Under the pieces are notes generated by a model. That model did not search any database, was not told where the DNA came from, and saw only the letters and a list, made by a program, of their open reading frames with translations. Positions 28,054-38,334 of a stretch of DNA of 64,000 nucleotides are shown in pieces (the stretch's first letter is position 1; the number at the start of each line of letters is the position of its first letter). This DNA is from Candidatus Eiseniibacteriota bacterium (GTDB lineage Bacteria; Eisenbacteria; RBG-16-71-46; CAVPCR01): positions 384,001-448,000 of the forward strand of contig CAVPCR010000001.1 in the NCBI GenBank assembly GCA_963702435.1, written 5' to 3'. The position numbers and the translations under genes are program-made.

Positions 28054-29052
28054 CTATGCGGCCGGCACCCGGGCCAGGCGTACGCCGAGCGCGAGGAGGA
28101 GCACGAGACTCGCCGCGGCGGCGGCAGCGGCCGGCGCGCCGGGGCGATGAGCAACGAGCACGCCGGCCGCTGCGGTGGTCGCGGTGAACCCGTAGACGAG
28201 GAGCGCGGTCCAGCGCGGGCCCGGGACGAGCCGGTTCAGCCGATGCGTCGTGTGGTCCTTGCCGGGGTTCCACACCGCGCGCCCGGTCCCGAGGCGGGTC
28301 ACGGTGACGAAGGCCAGGTCGAAGAGCGGATACCCGACGATGAGGAGGAGCGCATACCCGGCGCGCAGCGGCATCGCATCGGGGAGCGTCAGGAAGAGCA
28401 CGGCGGCAAGCAGGAACCCGATCGCGTGCGATCCGGCATCGCCCATGAAGATGCGCGCCGGATGGAAGTTGTAGGCGAGGAATCCGGCGGCGGCGCCGGC
28501 GGTGGCGGCGGCGAGGACGGCGGCGCCCGGGGCGGCACCGCGTGCCGCGAGGAGAAAGCCGAGGCCGCAGACGAGCGCGATGCCGCCGAGGATCCCGTCC
28601 ATGTTGTCGAGGAAGTTGCACGCGTTCATCAGCGCGACGGCGAGGATCACGGACAGGGGCGCGGCGAGCCCGCCGAGCGAATCCGGCGCCGGGTGCCCGG
28701 AGCCGGCCACGAGCAGGACCGCGGCGACGAGCTGACCCGCGAGCTTGGCGAGCGGATGGAGCGGCCGCGCGTCATCCCACAGCCCGAGGAGGACCACGAA
28801 GGCGAGCCCGCCGGCCACGGCGGCCGTTTCGCGCGGCGCGAGGATCGCGCCGCCGGCGAGCGCCGCGGCGCCGGCGCCGGCGAGGACGCCGATCGCGAGG
28901 GCGATCCCGCCGCCGAGCGGGATCGGTTCCCGGTGTACCTTGCGCGCGGCGGGGCGATCGACGAAGCCCGCGCGGCGCGCGAGCGCACGCACGAGCGGCG
29001 TGAGGAGGAGCGAGGCGGCGAGGGCGACGGCGAAGGGCAGGAAGCTCGTCAT
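28054..29052 (-). CDS. MraY/WecA family undecaprenyl-phosphate HexNAc-1-P transferase
   Basis: KVHREPIPLGGG, GLWDD, NACNFLDNMDG, NFHPARIFMGDAGS, DHTTHRL motifs. Confidence 0.88.
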   Translation of the reverse strand: MTSFLPFAVALAASLLLTPLVRALARRAGFVDRPAARKVHREPIPLGGGIALAIGVLAGAGAAALAGGAILAPRETAAVAGGLAFVVLLGLWDDARPLHPLAKLAGQLVAAVLLVAGSGHPAPDSLGGLAAPLSVILAVALMNACNFLDNMDGILGGIALVCGLGFLLAARGAAPGAAVLAAATAGAAAGFLAYNFHPARIFMGDAGSHAIGFLLAAVLFLTLPDAMPLRAGYALLLIVGYPLFDLAFVTVTRLGTGRAVWNPGKDHTTHRLNRLVPGPRWTALLVYGFTATTAAAGVLVAHRPGAPAAAAAAASLVLLLALGVRLARVPAA

Positions 29053-29068
29053 CGCCGTCCGCGCTCGA

Positions 29069-30088
29069 TCAGCGAGCGCGGACTGCGGCGACCGCGAGCG
29101 GCGCCGGAGCCGCCGCGTGGACGCGCTTATCGCTCCGCATGAACTCGATCGTCAGGCGAAGCATCTCGTCCAGACGCACGGACGGGCGGTAACCGACGAG
29201 CGAGTGGATCTTCGCCAGATCGGGCACCCGCCGGCGCATATCCTCGAAGCTCTGACCGTAGATCTCCTCGTACGGGATGTGCGCGATCGGCGACGCCGAC
29301 CCGCACTTCTCGCGGACGCGCGTCGCAAGCTCGTTGATCGACACCTCTTCGTCGGTGCCGATGTTGAACACATCGCCGTAGGCATCGGGGCAGTCGGCGA
29401 GGAGGAGCACGCCGCGCACCACATCCCCGACGTAGGAGAAGCAGCGCGTCTGGCGCCCGTCGCCGTAGACCTCGATCGGCTGCCCGTCGAGAGCGCGCTG
29501 GATCATGCCCGGCACCACCATGCCGTAGCGGCCGGTCTGCCGCGGGCCGCAGGTGTTGAAGCAGCGGACGATGACGACCGGGAGGTTGCGCTCGCGGTGA
29601 TAGGCGAGGGCGAGGAACTCGTCGATCGCCTTCGACGAAGCGTAGCCCCAGCGCGAGACGGCAGTCGGGCCCATGACGCGATCGGAATCCTCGCGGAACG
29701 GAACGGCGTCCGACTTGCCGTAGACCTCGGACGTGGAGAAGAGGATCACCGACTTCTGATCGCGCGATGCCGCCTCGAGCACGTACTCGGCACCGTGGAT
29801 GTTGGTGAGCAGCGACTCGAGCGGTCGCTCGACCACGTAGCGCACACCGACGGCTGCGGCCAGATGGAAGATGCGATCGGCACGATCGACGAGCCGCTCG
29901 ACGACCGGGCGATTGAGAACGCTCTCTTCGAGGACAACGAGGCCGGGCTGGCCGGCCAGGTGTTTGAGGTTCCGAAGGCTCCCCGTCGAGAGATTGTCGA
30001 GTACGACGACCTCGTCACCGCGGTGGAGCAAGGCCTCGACCAAGTGGGACCCGATGAACCCCGCGCCACCCGTCACCAGGTGTCTCAT
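29069..30088 (-). CDS. NAD-dependent nucleotide-sugar epimerase/dehydratase
   Basis: VTGGAGFIGSHL, STSEVYGK, YASSK, FNTCGPRQ motifs; start trimmed to ATG 30088. Confidence 0.9.
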   Translation of the reverse strand: MRHLVTGGAGFIGSHLVEALLHRGDEVVVLDNLSTGSLRNLKHLAGQPGLVVLEESVLNRPVVERLVDRADRIFHLAAAVGVRYVVERPLESLLTNIHGAEYVLEAASRDQKSVILFSTSEVYGKSDAVPFREDSDRVMGPTAVSRWGYASSKAIDEFLALAYHRERNLPVVIVRCFNTCGPRQTGRYGMVVPGMIQRALDGQPIEVYGDGRQTRCFSYVGDVVRGVLLLADCPDAYGDVFNIGTDEEVSINELATRVREKCGSASPIAHIPYEEIYGQSFEDMRRRVPDLAKIHSLVGYRPSVRLDEMLRLTIEFMRSDKRVHAAAPAPLAVAAVRAR

Positions 30089-30200
30089 GAACCGCGATCC
30101 TCCTCGAGCCACTCCCCGACGCCTGTCTCGAGCCCCTCTGGATGCAGCAATCTATTGAAAAGAAAAGCATTTGCGCCGTGCATGGCAGGAAACGCCGGGA

Positions 30201-30229
30201 ACGATATGTAAGCCTGCCAACCCTGTCAA
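30201..30229 (-). promoter_or_regulatory. Internal sigma70 promoter for epimerase-wecA-wzz-serS
   Basis: TTGACA-17 nt-TATCGT on the minus strand within a locally AT-richer patch. Confidence 0.6.
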
Positions 30230-30508
30230 GGGTCATTCCAGGAGGGGCTATCCGCCCGGCCATCGCCCTCCGAGCTCTGCTTCCGGTTCCCCCACCCCGC
30301 TCCGGCCGCCCCCGCCCCGGGGACCCGGCATCCCTGGACCGGGTCAAGCAAGGAGCGTTCCGATGAGCCCGGAGGGACTCCCTCCCCTCTCCGGACCGGC
30401 CGGAAGACCCCTTCCATTCAGCGGTTATCGGCACGCCCGGTCCCGGTCTTTAGCCCCCTCTGCGATCGCCGGCTGCAGCGGTGACGCCACACCCCCCCCC
30501 TTTCCCGC

Positions 30509-32200
30509 TCACTGCCTCACCTCGTTGGCGAAGAAGATGATGCTCGCCAGCGCCGCGCCGACCGTGATGATCTCCCGGGCGAGCGTCCAGGCGCTCTTCG
30601 GCGTCTTCTCGGGCACCCAGATCGCATCCCCGTCCTCGATCGGCCCGGCCCCCGCAGCGTACTCCAGGGCGGGCCGGTCCGCTCGCTGCACGAGCGTGCG
30701 CGTTTGATCCGCGTTCTTGTCGTAGCCGCCGGCGAGATCCACGTAGTCCTCGATGTCCCGGCCGGGGGCGAACGGCACGAGCCCGGGGGCGCGCACCCTC
30801 CCGTCCACCCGCACGGTACCCTGGGCCCGGGGCACGAGGATCTCGTCCCCGTCGGCGAGCAGAGCCTGGTCCGTGAAGGGCTCCACCTGCCAGTCCACAT
30901 GGAGCTCCCGCCCGCCGGGGCTCAGGCTCGCGAGCTCGAGCTCACGCCGGGTGCGCGGAAGCTCGGAGAAGGCCGGCTCGGCGAACCCGGGGGCGGCAAC
31001 CTCGGTTCCGCCCGCCGTCGGGCTCGGCCGGGGAGCGCCGCCCACCTCACCCTCGACCCCGGGCGCGCCGGGACCCGGCGCCCGGGCAACTTCGGCCGCC
31101 GGCACGCGGGAGAGACGCGTGCCGTTGCGGTTCGCCGCCGGCGTGAAGCCGCCGGCGCGCCGGATCACATCCCCCACCGTGTCCATGCCGAGCGTGATCG
31201 GATAGCGGCCCGGAAAGGCCACCTCGCCCTCGACGAGGACTGCATGCACCGCGGCCAGACGGCCGGGGCGCGGCACCACGAGCGCATCGCCTGCCTGGAG
31301 CGGGCGGGCCAGGTCGGCCGCGGAACCGAGGTCGATCAGGGTGACATCGCGCTGCCCGGCAGCGGAGATCCTGCTCATCTCGACCGCATCCGTCAGCGCC
31401 CCCGGCAGCGGTCCGCCGGCGAGAGCCACCGCCGACGCGACTGTTTCCCCGGGCACGAGCTCGTAGGTCCCCGGGATGGCGACCCCGCCGAAGAGGCTGA
31501 ACTCCTCGATCGCCATCGGCACGACCACGACATCGCCGCCCTCGGCCGGCGGGTTGGCAGCGAGGTCGCCGCCGGTCAGGAAGCGCACGAGATCCGCCCC
31601 CAGCTCGCTGCCGTCGGCGCGGCGGATGACGATCCGTCGCTCGGAACCACCCTGGGCAACCCCGCCCGCGCGCGCGATCACCTCGGAGATGCGCGCCACC
31701 GCATTCGCCTCGACCGCGCCCGGGGCCATGACCGCCCCGGTCACGTACACCTTGAAGCGGCGCGGGCGCTCGAGGCTCAGCGCGAAGGGCCGATCGCGAA
31801 CGAGGGTCGCCAGCGCGCGGCCCACCTCCTCGCGCGCGGCGTTGAGCGTGAGCCCGGCGACCTCGACGCGGCCGGCCGAGCCGGGCAGGACGAGCCCGCC
31901 CTCGGCATCGACGACCAGGGTGACGCTCCCCTCCATCACGCCGGGCACCGCGAGGGTGAGCACATCCCCCGGCCCGACGTGATAGGTGTCGGGATCGATG
32001 GGGGCGCCGAGGAGCGGCGCATCCGCCCCGATCGCGATCGTGGATGCGGCCTCGCGCGGGGCCGCGCTCGGCGCGCCGCCTCGCTCCGGGATCCCGGCGC
32101 GCGCCGCCCCCGCGAGGGCGACCGGCACCGCGAGGGCGACCAGCGCCGCCAACACCGGCACCGTCAGGCCGCAGGTACGGCGACAACCGATCTCGTGCAT
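30509..32200 (-). CDS. Polysaccharide export protein with multiple SLBB domains (Wza/KpsD-like)
   Basis: YHVGPGDVL, VTGAVMAPG, GEVAFPGRY, GRVRAPG repeats; C-terminal helix. Confidence 0.82.
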   Translation of the reverse strand: MHEIGCRRTCGLTVPVLAALVALAVPVALAGAARAGIPERGGAPSAAPREAASTIAIGADAPLLGAPIDPDTYHVGPGDVLTLAVPGVMEGSVTLVVDAEGGLVLPGSAGRVEVAGLTLNAAREEVGRALATLVRDRPFALSLERPRRFKVYVTGAVMAPGAVEANAVARISEVIARAGGVAQGGSERRIVIRRADGSELGADLVRFLTGGDLAANPPAEGGDVVVVPMAIEEFSLFGGVAIPGTYELVPGETVASAVALAGGPLPGALTDAVEMSRISAAGQRDVTLIDLGSAADLARPLQAGDALVVPRPGRLAAVHAVLVEGEVAFPGRYPITLGMDTVGDVIRRAGGFTPAANRNGTRLSRVPAAEVARAPGPGAPGVEGEVGGAPRPSPTAGGTEVAAPGFAEPAFSELPRTRRELELASLSPGGRELHVDWQVEPFTDQALLADGDEILVPRAQGTVRVDGRVRAPGLVPFAPGRDIEDYVDLAGGYDKNADQTRTLVQRADRPALEYAAGAGPIEDGDAIWVPEKTPKSAWTLAREIITVGAALASIIFFANEVRQ

Positions 32201-32207
32201 CCGTGAC

Positions 32208-33233
32208 TCAGAGACGGTAGGCCTTCTCGTAGTACTCGCGGAACGCGCCACTCTTCACCTTCTCCCACCAGTCCCGGTGTTCCTGGTACCAGCGGATCGT
32301 GCGCTCGGCTCCTTCGGCGAAGCCGGTGCGCGGCAGGAAGCCCAGCCGGTCGCGGATCTTACTGCAATCGAGCGCGTAGCGGCGGTCGTGGCCGGGTCGG
32401 TCGTTGACGTGTCGGATCAGGCTCTCCGGCTTGCCCAGGGTCTTGACGATGAGGTGACCGATCTCGAGGCTCGAGCGCTCCTCGCCGCCGCCGATATTCC
32501 ACACCTCGCCGTCCACCCCCGGGGAGACGAGCAGGCGATGGAGCGCCGCGCAGTGGTCCTCGACGTAGATCCAGTCGCGGAGGTTCTGCCCGCTCCCGTA
32601 GACCGGCAGGGGCTTGTCCTCGAGGGCGTTGGTGACGAAGAGCGGCCACAGCTTCTCGACGTGCTGGTACGGACCATAGTTGTTCGAGCAGCGCGTGATG
32701 ACAACCGGCATACCGTACGTCGTGTGATAGGAGTACGCGAGCCGGTCGGCGCCCGCCTTGCTCGCGGAGTACGGGTTCCGCGGCATGAGCGGCGCCTCCT
32801 CGGTGGCCGGCGCCCCGAGGATCTCGCCATACACCTCGTCGGTCGAGATCTGGATGAACCGTTCGACCTCGATCCGGCGCGCCGCCTCGAGCAGGACGTA
32901 GCTCCCGTAGACGTCGGTCAGGACGAAGCTCCCCGGATTCTGGATCGAGCGGTCCACATGCGTCTCGGCGGCGAAGTTCAAGACCGCGCGCACGCCCTCC
33001 ATCACCCGCGTCACCACCTCGGGATCGGCGATATCGCCCTTCACGAAGGTGAGGCGGTCCGGATCGAGCCCGGCGAGGTTCTCGAGGTTCCCGGCGTAGG
33101 TCAGCTTGTCGAGGACCGTCACCAGGACGCGCGGTTCGCGCGCGAGGATCAGGCGGACGAAGTTGGATCCGATGAAGCCGGCTCCACCGGTGACGAGGAG
33201 ACGGCCCTCGTAGTGGCCTTCCTGTGCGCTCAC
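32208..33233 (-). CDS. rfbB: dTDP-glucose 4,6-dehydratase
   Basis: GGAGFIGSNF, DKLTYAGN, AAETHVDRSI, STDEVYG, YSASKA, DRPGHDRRY motifs. Confidence 0.95.
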   Translation of the reverse strand: MSAQEGHYEGRLLVTGGAGFIGSNFVRLILAREPRVLVTVLDKLTYAGNLENLAGLDPDRLTFVKGDIADPEVVTRVMEGVRAVLNFAAETHVDRSIQNPGSFVLTDVYGSYVLLEAARRIEVERFIQISTDEVYGEILGAPATEEAPLMPRNPYSASKAGADRLAYSYHTTYGMPVVITRCSNNYGPYQHVEKLWPLFVTNALEDKPLPVYGSGQNLRDWIYVEDHCAALHRLLVSPGVDGEVWNIGGGEERSSLEIGHLIVKTLGKPESLIRHVNDRPGHDRRYALDCSKIRDRLGFLPRTGFAEGAERTIRWYQEHRDWWEKVKSGAFREYYEKAYRL

Positions 33234-33332
33234 TCCAGCCTCCCTGCTCGGCCGCGCTGGCGGCCGGATGATCTCTCCGCCCCGGGGATCCGGGGGCCGA
33301 ATCGCGCGCGGACCGGGTCCGGTCGCGGTCCG

Positions 33333-34673
33333 CTAGCCGGCGGCCTTCGCGGCCGGCGCGCCCGGCGCGGCCGGACGGCCGACACCGACGTAGCGCAGGC
33401 CGGCGGCGGCGGCCTCGGCCGGCGAGTAGATGTTCCTCATGTCGATGAGCACCGGACTGCGGAGGAGCCCGCGGATACGATCGAGATCGAGTCGCCGGAA
33501 CTCGTTCCACTCGGTGACGATGACGAGCGCATCGGCGCCCACGCACACTTCGTAGGCGCTTCCCCCCGTCTTGAGCCCGGGCAGCGACTGCGCCGCGTTC
33601 GGCATGGCCACCGGATCGAAGGCCTTGACCTCGGCCCCGGCGGCGAGGAGCCGCTTCGCGATGCGCAGCGCCGGCGCCTCGCGCACGTCGTCGGTATTGG
33701 GCTTGAAGGAGAGACCGAGCATCGCGACCGTCTTCCCGCTGAGCCCGCCCATGGCCTCGCCGCACTTCTCGACCATGCGCTCGATCTGGCGCTCGTTGGT
33801 CTCGTAGGTGGCGCGCACGATCGGCAGCTCGACGCCGGTGGCCGTCGCGAAGTGGAGGAGCGCCTGCGTGTCCTTGGGGAAGCACGACCCGCCGTACCCC
33901 GGCCCTGCATGCAGGAACTTGTCGCCGATCCGCCGATCGAGACCCATGGCCCGGGCCACCACCTGCACGTCGCCGCCCACCGCCTCGCACAGATTCGCCA
34001 TCTCGTTGATGAAGGAGATCTTGGTGGCGAGGAAGGCATTCGATGCGTACTTGATGAGCTCCGCCGTCTCGACCGTGGTCTTCACCATCGGCGTCTCGTT
34101 GAGATAGAGCGGGTTGTAGATGTCGGCGAGGATGTTGGCCGCGCGCTCGGTCCAGGTGCCGATCACCACCCGGTTCGGGTGCGTGAAGTCCTGCACCGCC
34201 GAGCCCTCGCGCAGGAACTCCGGGTTCGATGCCACGTCGAAGGGATGGTCGCCGCTCAGGTTCTCGGCGATGACGTCGCGCACGCGGCGCCCGGTGCCGA
34301 CCGGCACGGTCGACTTCTGGACCACCAGCCGGTAGCCCTGCATGGTGCGGGCGACATCGCGCGCCACCTCGAAGACCGCGCTCAAGTCGGCCTCGCCGTC
34401 GTTCCCGGTCGGCGTGCCGACGGCGATGACGACGACCGGCGTCCGGGCCACCGAGCCCGGAAGATCCTCGCTGAAGGTGAGCCGCCCCTCGGCCACGTTC
34501 CGCTCGACGACCTCGAGGAGCCCCGGCTCGTAGAACGGGATCTCCCGCCGCCGGAGCCGCGCGATCTTCTCCCCATCCTTGTCGACGCAGATGACTTCAT
34601 TGCCGAAGTCGGCGAGGCAAGCCCCGGTGACGAGCCCGACGTAGCCCGTGCCGATGACGGATATGCGATACAT
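33333..34673 (-). CDS. ugd: UDP-glucose 6-dehydrogenase
   Basis: GTGYVGL, NPEFLREG, GYGGSCFPKD, FKPNTDDVRE motifs. Confidence 0.93.
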   Translation of the reverse strand: MYRISVIGTGYVGLVTGACLADFGNEVICVDKDGEKIARLRRREIPFYEPGLLEVVERNVAEGRLTFSEDLPGSVARTPVVVIAVGTPTGNDGEADLSAVFEVARDVARTMQGYRLVVQKSTVPVGTGRRVRDVIAENLSGDHPFDVASNPEFLREGSAVQDFTHPNRVVIGTWTERAANILADIYNPLYLNETPMVKTTVETAELIKYASNAFLATKISFINEMANLCEAVGGDVQVVARAMGLDRRIGDKFLHAGPGYGGSCFPKDTQALLHFATATGVELPIVRATYETNERQIERMVEKCGEAMGGLSGKTVAMLGLSFKPNTDDVREAPALRIAKRLLAAGAEVKAFDPVAMPNAAQSLPGLKTGGSAYEVCVGADALVIVTEWNEFRRLDLDRIRGLLRSPVLIDMRNIYSPAEAAAAGLRYVGVGRPAAPGAPAAKAAG

Positions 34674-34724
34674 CGCCTGCTGGATCTCCTTGCCTGGTGT
34701 CGCGCGCGCACCCCGCGCGCAGGA

Positions 34725-35717
34725 TCAACGCCTACCCCGGGCGGCGTGCCCCGGGCCGCCCGGGACCGGCACCGGGCGCGATCTCGCCTCCTCCAGAAGA
34801 TCGGCCAGGGTGCGCTCGATCTCGATCGACGGCCGCCAGCCGGTGGCCGCCATGAGCTTGTGCGGATCGCCGACCAGGTGCCCGAGGTCGGCCGGGCGCA
34901 GGCGGGCCGGGTCGAGCTCGACCCGGATGGAGACCCGGGCCGCGCCGATCATCATCTCGACCAGGTGCCGGAGCGTGAGGCCGCGTCCGGAGCACACATT
35001 GTAAGCCTCTCCCGGCGCGCCGCGGGCCAGAAGATCGGCGTAGGCGCGCACGACGTCGCGCACGTCCGAGTAGTCACGCACGACATCGAGATTGCCCACC
35101 GCGAGCACCGGCCGGTGCTCGCCCCGCTCGATCGCGGCGACCTGGGCGGCGAAGGCCGGGAGCGCGAAGCGGACCCGCTGCCCGGGCCCGGTGTGGGTGA
35201 ACGGCCGCACCCGGATGGCCTTGAGATGGTAGGCGGCGGCGGCCATCTCGACCAGGAGATCCTGGGCCGCCTTGGAGGCGCCGTACGGGCTCCGGGGGTT
35301 CATGGGGGCCGTCTCCCGGTGGGGCAGATCGGGAGTGCTCGGCCCGTAGAGATCGGCCGAGGTGATGGCGAGTAGGCGGGCGGCCGGGGCCTCGTCCCGG
35401 AGCGCGGCGACCAGGTTCCAGGTGCCGAGGACGTTCACCTCGAAGGTCTCGCGCGGAGCGGCGAAGGACGCCCCCGCCGAGCTCTGCGCCGCGAGGTGAA
35501 TGACGCCATCCGGCTCGACCTCGGCGATGAAGCGCCTGACCTGCTCCGCATCGCGGAGGTCGAGCGAGCGGAGCGGGTCGCGGGCGCCGCCCGCCGGCGG
35601 CTGCGAGCTGCCGGCCGCCTCGTAGCCGGTGGCCACCGCCGCGATCCCGCGGCGAGCGAGCTCGGCGAGGAGATGGCGACCCGCGAAGCCGTTCGCCCCG
35701 GTGACCAGGACCTTCAC
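34725..35717 (-). CDS. GDP-mannose dehydratase/GDP-4-keto-6-deoxymannose reductase (Rmd-like) SDR
   Basis: TGANGFAG, HLAAQS, YGASK, FTHTGPGQ, VGNLDVVRDYSDVRD motifs. Confidence 0.8.
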   Translation of the reverse strand: MKVLVTGANGFAGRHLLAELARRGIAAVATGYEAAGSSQPPAGGARDPLRSLDLRDAEQVRRFIAEVEPDGVIHLAAQSSAGASFAAPRETFEVNVLGTWNLVAALRDEAPAARLLAITSADLYGPSTPDLPHRETAPMNPRSPYGASKAAQDLLVEMAAAAYHLKAIRVRPFTHTGPGQRVRFALPAFAAQVAAIERGEHRPVLAVGNLDVVRDYSDVRDVVRAYADLLARGAPGEAYNVCSGRGLTLRHLVEMMIGAARVSIRVELDPARLRPADLGHLVGDPHKLMAATGWRPSIEIERTLADLLEEARSRPVPVPGGPGHAARGRR

Positions 35718-35751
35718 TTGAACCTCCGCGACCGGCGCGGCGCCCGACCGC

Positions 35752-36702
35752 TCATCGCGCGCGCCAGTAGTCGAGGAGATCCTCGACCGTCCGCGCGAAC
35801 GGGATGTCGGCCTGCCAGCCGGTCTCGCGCCGGAACTTCGTGCAATCGCCGCGGAGGACCGGCACGTCGGAAGGACGCAGGCGCCGCGGATCGGTCTCCA
35901 CCTTGATCTGGACCCTGGTCATCCCGAGCAGGAGATCGACCACCTGCCGGATCGAATGGCTCTCGCCCGAGCAGATGTTGTAGACGTCGCCCGGGCGCCC
36001 CTTCTCGAGCGCGAGCCAGTAGGCGCGCACCATGTCGCGCACGTCGGTGAAGTCGCGCTGCGCGTCGAGATTGCCGACCCTGAGCACGGGCGGCCGCGTG
36101 CCGCGCTCGATCGCGGCCACCTGCATGGCGAAGTCGCTGATCACGAACACCGGCGGCCGGCGCGGCCCCTCGTGATTGAAGCCGCGGGTGCGGATGATGG
36201 GCATCCGGTAGCTCATGAAGTACTGGTAGCCGAGCATGTCCTGGCCGACCTTGGAGACCGCATACGGCGAGAGCGGGCGGAGCGGATTCTCCTCCGTGAT
36301 GGGCAGCTCGTGCTCGAGGGCGAGTCCGTACTCCTCGCTCGAGCAGGCGATCTGGATCCGGGGCTCGATGCCGATCTTGCGCACCGCCTCGAAGACGTTC
36401 AGCTGGCCGATGATGTTGGTGGTGAGGCTCTCGGTGGGCGCGGTCCACGAGGTGGGCACGAAGCTCTGCGCGGCGAGATGGAAGATGCGGTCGGGACGGA
36501 TCTCCTCGATCATGTCGCGCGTCGAGAAGGCGTCGCGGAGGTCGCACTCGTGGAGGTGGATGCGGTCGAGCGCATGCTGGATGTTGTCGAGCGGACTGCG
36601 CCAGCGGTAGAGGCCGTGGATCTCGACTCCGCTCATGCCGAGCATGTGGTCGACCAGATGGCTGCCGGCGAATCCGGTGACTCCGGTGACGAGAACGCGC
36701 AC
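35752..36702 (-). CDS. GDP-mannose 4,6-dehydratase/Rmd-like SDR
   Basis: TGVTGFAGSHL, HLAAQSFV, SSEEYG, YAVSK, FNHEGP, VGNLDAQRDFTDVRD motifs; GTG start 36702. Confidence 0.85.
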   Translation of the reverse strand: MRVLVTGVTGFAGSHLVDHMLGMSGVEIHGLYRWRSPLDNIQHALDRIHLHECDLRDAFSTRDMIEEIRPDRIFHLAAQSFVPTSWTAPTESLTTNIIGQLNVFEAVRKIGIEPRIQIACSSEEYGLALEHELPITEENPLRPLSPYAVSKVGQDMLGYQYFMSYRMPIIRTRGFNHEGPRRPPVFVISDFAMQVAAIERGTRPPVLRVGNLDAQRDFTDVRDMVRAYWLALEKGRPGDVYNICSGESHSIRQVVDLLLGMTRVQIKVETDPRRLRPSDVPVLRGDCTKFRRETGWQADIPFARTVEDLLDYWRAR

Positions 36703-36706
36703 TCTC

Positions 36707-37408
36707 CTAGCCTCCTTCCACCGCCGGGGCCGTCGCCCCCGCCATGGCCGCGAGCATCTCGCGCGCCGCCGCCCGCGGATCCGCCGCCCCGGTGATCGGA
36801 CGCCCGACCACGAGATGGCTTGCTCCGGCGCGCAGCGCCTCCCCCGGCCCTCCGGTACGCACCTGGTCATCCCCCGCCGCGCCGGGAAGCCGGATCCCGG
36901 GCGTCACGAGGAGGGGGCCCGGTCCGAGCGCCGCGCGGAGCGTCCCGGCCTCGGTCGCGGCCGCCACCACGCCGTCGAGGCCGGCCGCCACCGCCCGCCG
37001 CGCCGCGGCGAGGATCACGCCTTGGTCCGGCGCGGCGAGGCTCGTGAGCACCGTCACCCCGAGGAGCCGGGTCCCGGTCCCGCGCACGGCCTCGGCGGCC
37101 GCGGCCATCATCGCCTCCCCGCCCGCCGCATGCAGGGTCACGAGGTCCGCGCCGTGCGCGCTCGCCGCGCGCGCCGCCCCGCTCACCTGCACCGGGATGT
37201 CGTGCAGCTTGAGATCGAGGAAGACGCGCTTCCCGCGCTCCTTGAGCGCGACGACCGCCGCCGGGCCGGCGGCAGTGTAGAGGGTGAGCCCCACCTTGTA
37301 AAACCCCACCAGGTCGCCGAGCCGGTCGGCGAGGGCGAGCGCCGGGGCCAGCGCGCCCTGGTCGAGAGCCACGATCAGCCGTTCGTCGGACAAGGGACGT
37401 CTCCTCAT
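36707..37408 (-). CDS. pyrF: Orotidine 5'-phosphate decarboxylase
   Basis: IVALD, FLDLKLHDIP, VTVLTS, TPGIR, DDQVR, VVGRPI motifs. Confidence 0.96.
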   Translation of the reverse strand: MRRRPLSDERLIVALDQGALAPALALADRLGDLVGFYKVGLTLYTAAGPAAVVALKERGKRVFLDLKLHDIPVQVSGAARAASAHGADLVTLHAAGGEAMMAAAAEAVRGTGTRLLGVTVLTSLAAPDQGVILAAARRAVAAGLDGVVAAATEAGTLRAALGPGPLLVTPGIRLPGAAGDDQVRTGGPGEALRAGASHLVVGRPITGAADPRAAAREMLAAMAGATAPAVEGG

Positions 37409-38334
37409 TCCTTCGCGGGCACGACGAGCGCTCCGCGAAGATCTGCGGGTGAGCGGAAATCATGACGTTCGAGATAGGCGGCGACGCCGGCGGCCAGCGT
37501 CCCCGCCACCCCCGGCTCCACGTAGTTCCAGGTGCCGACCTCGACCGCGCTCGCGCCGGCGAGCAGGAACTCGACGACGTCGGCGGCCGAGCTCACACCG
37601 CCGATGCCGATCACCGGAATTCCGACCGCGCGCGCGGCCGCATAGACCTTGGCCACGGCGAGCGGGCGGATGGCGGGACCGGAGAGCCCGCCGGTCACCG
37701 TGCGCAGCTTCGGCGTCCGCCGCTCGATGTCGATGGCCATGCCGATGAAGGTGTTGACGAGCGACACCGCGTCGGCGCCGCCCTCCTCGGCGCCGCGGGC
37801 GATCTCGCCGATCGCGGTCACGTTGGGGGTGAGCTTGGCGATCAAGGGCTTCGTGGTCACCCGGCGCACGGCGCTGACCACCTCCGCGCAGCCCGCCCGG
37901 CTCAGCGAGAGATCGAGCCCCCCGGACACGTTCGGGCAGGAGAGGTTCAGCTCGATCGCCGCAACCTGGGGCTCGGGATCCAGCCGGCGCGCGAGCTCGA
38001 CGTAGTCGGGGACTTGATGCCCGCCCACCGAGACCACGATCCTGGTCGGGAGCGACGCCGCCGCCGGCAGCTTCTCGGCGAGAAAGACGTCGATGCCCAC
38101 GTTCTCGAGCCCGATCGAGTTGAGCATGCCGGACGGCGTCTCCGCGATCCGGGGCGGCGGATTCCCCTCGCGCGGGCGCGGCGTCACCGTCTTGGTGACG
38201 ATCCCGCCGATCGCCGTGAAGTCGAGGAGCCCGGCGAGCTCGACCCCGTAGCCGCAGGTGCCCGAGGCGAGGAGGATCGGGTTCGCGAGCGTGAGCGCCC
38301 CGATGCGTACCGAGAGGTCCACCGCCGCGGTCAT
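37405..38334 (-). CDS. pyrD: Dihydroorotate dehydrogenase class 1B catalytic subunit
   Basis: ASGTCGYG, NSIGLEN, ELNLSCPN, KLTPN, GGLSGPAIRP motifs. Confidence 0.95.
   Translation of the reverse strand: MTAAVDLSVRIGALTLANPILLASGTCGYGVELAGLLDFTAIGGIVTKTVTPRPREGNPPPRIAETPSGMLNSIGLENVGIDVFLAEKLPAAASLPTRIVVSVGGHQVPDYVELARRLDPEPQVAAIELNLSCPNVSGGLDLSLSRAGCAEVVSAVRRVTTKPLIAKLTPNVTAIGEIARGAEEGGADAVSLVNTFIGMAIDIERRTPKLRTVTGGLSGPAIRPLAVAKVYAAARAVGIPVIGIGGVSSAADVVEFLLAGASAVEVGTWNYVEPGVAGTLAAGVAAYLERHDFRSPADLRGALVVPAKE

Noticed and set aside
30492..30500. C9 tract as a phase-variation site
   Set aside because: Lies just downstream of a stop codon, outside any CDS or promoter spacer.
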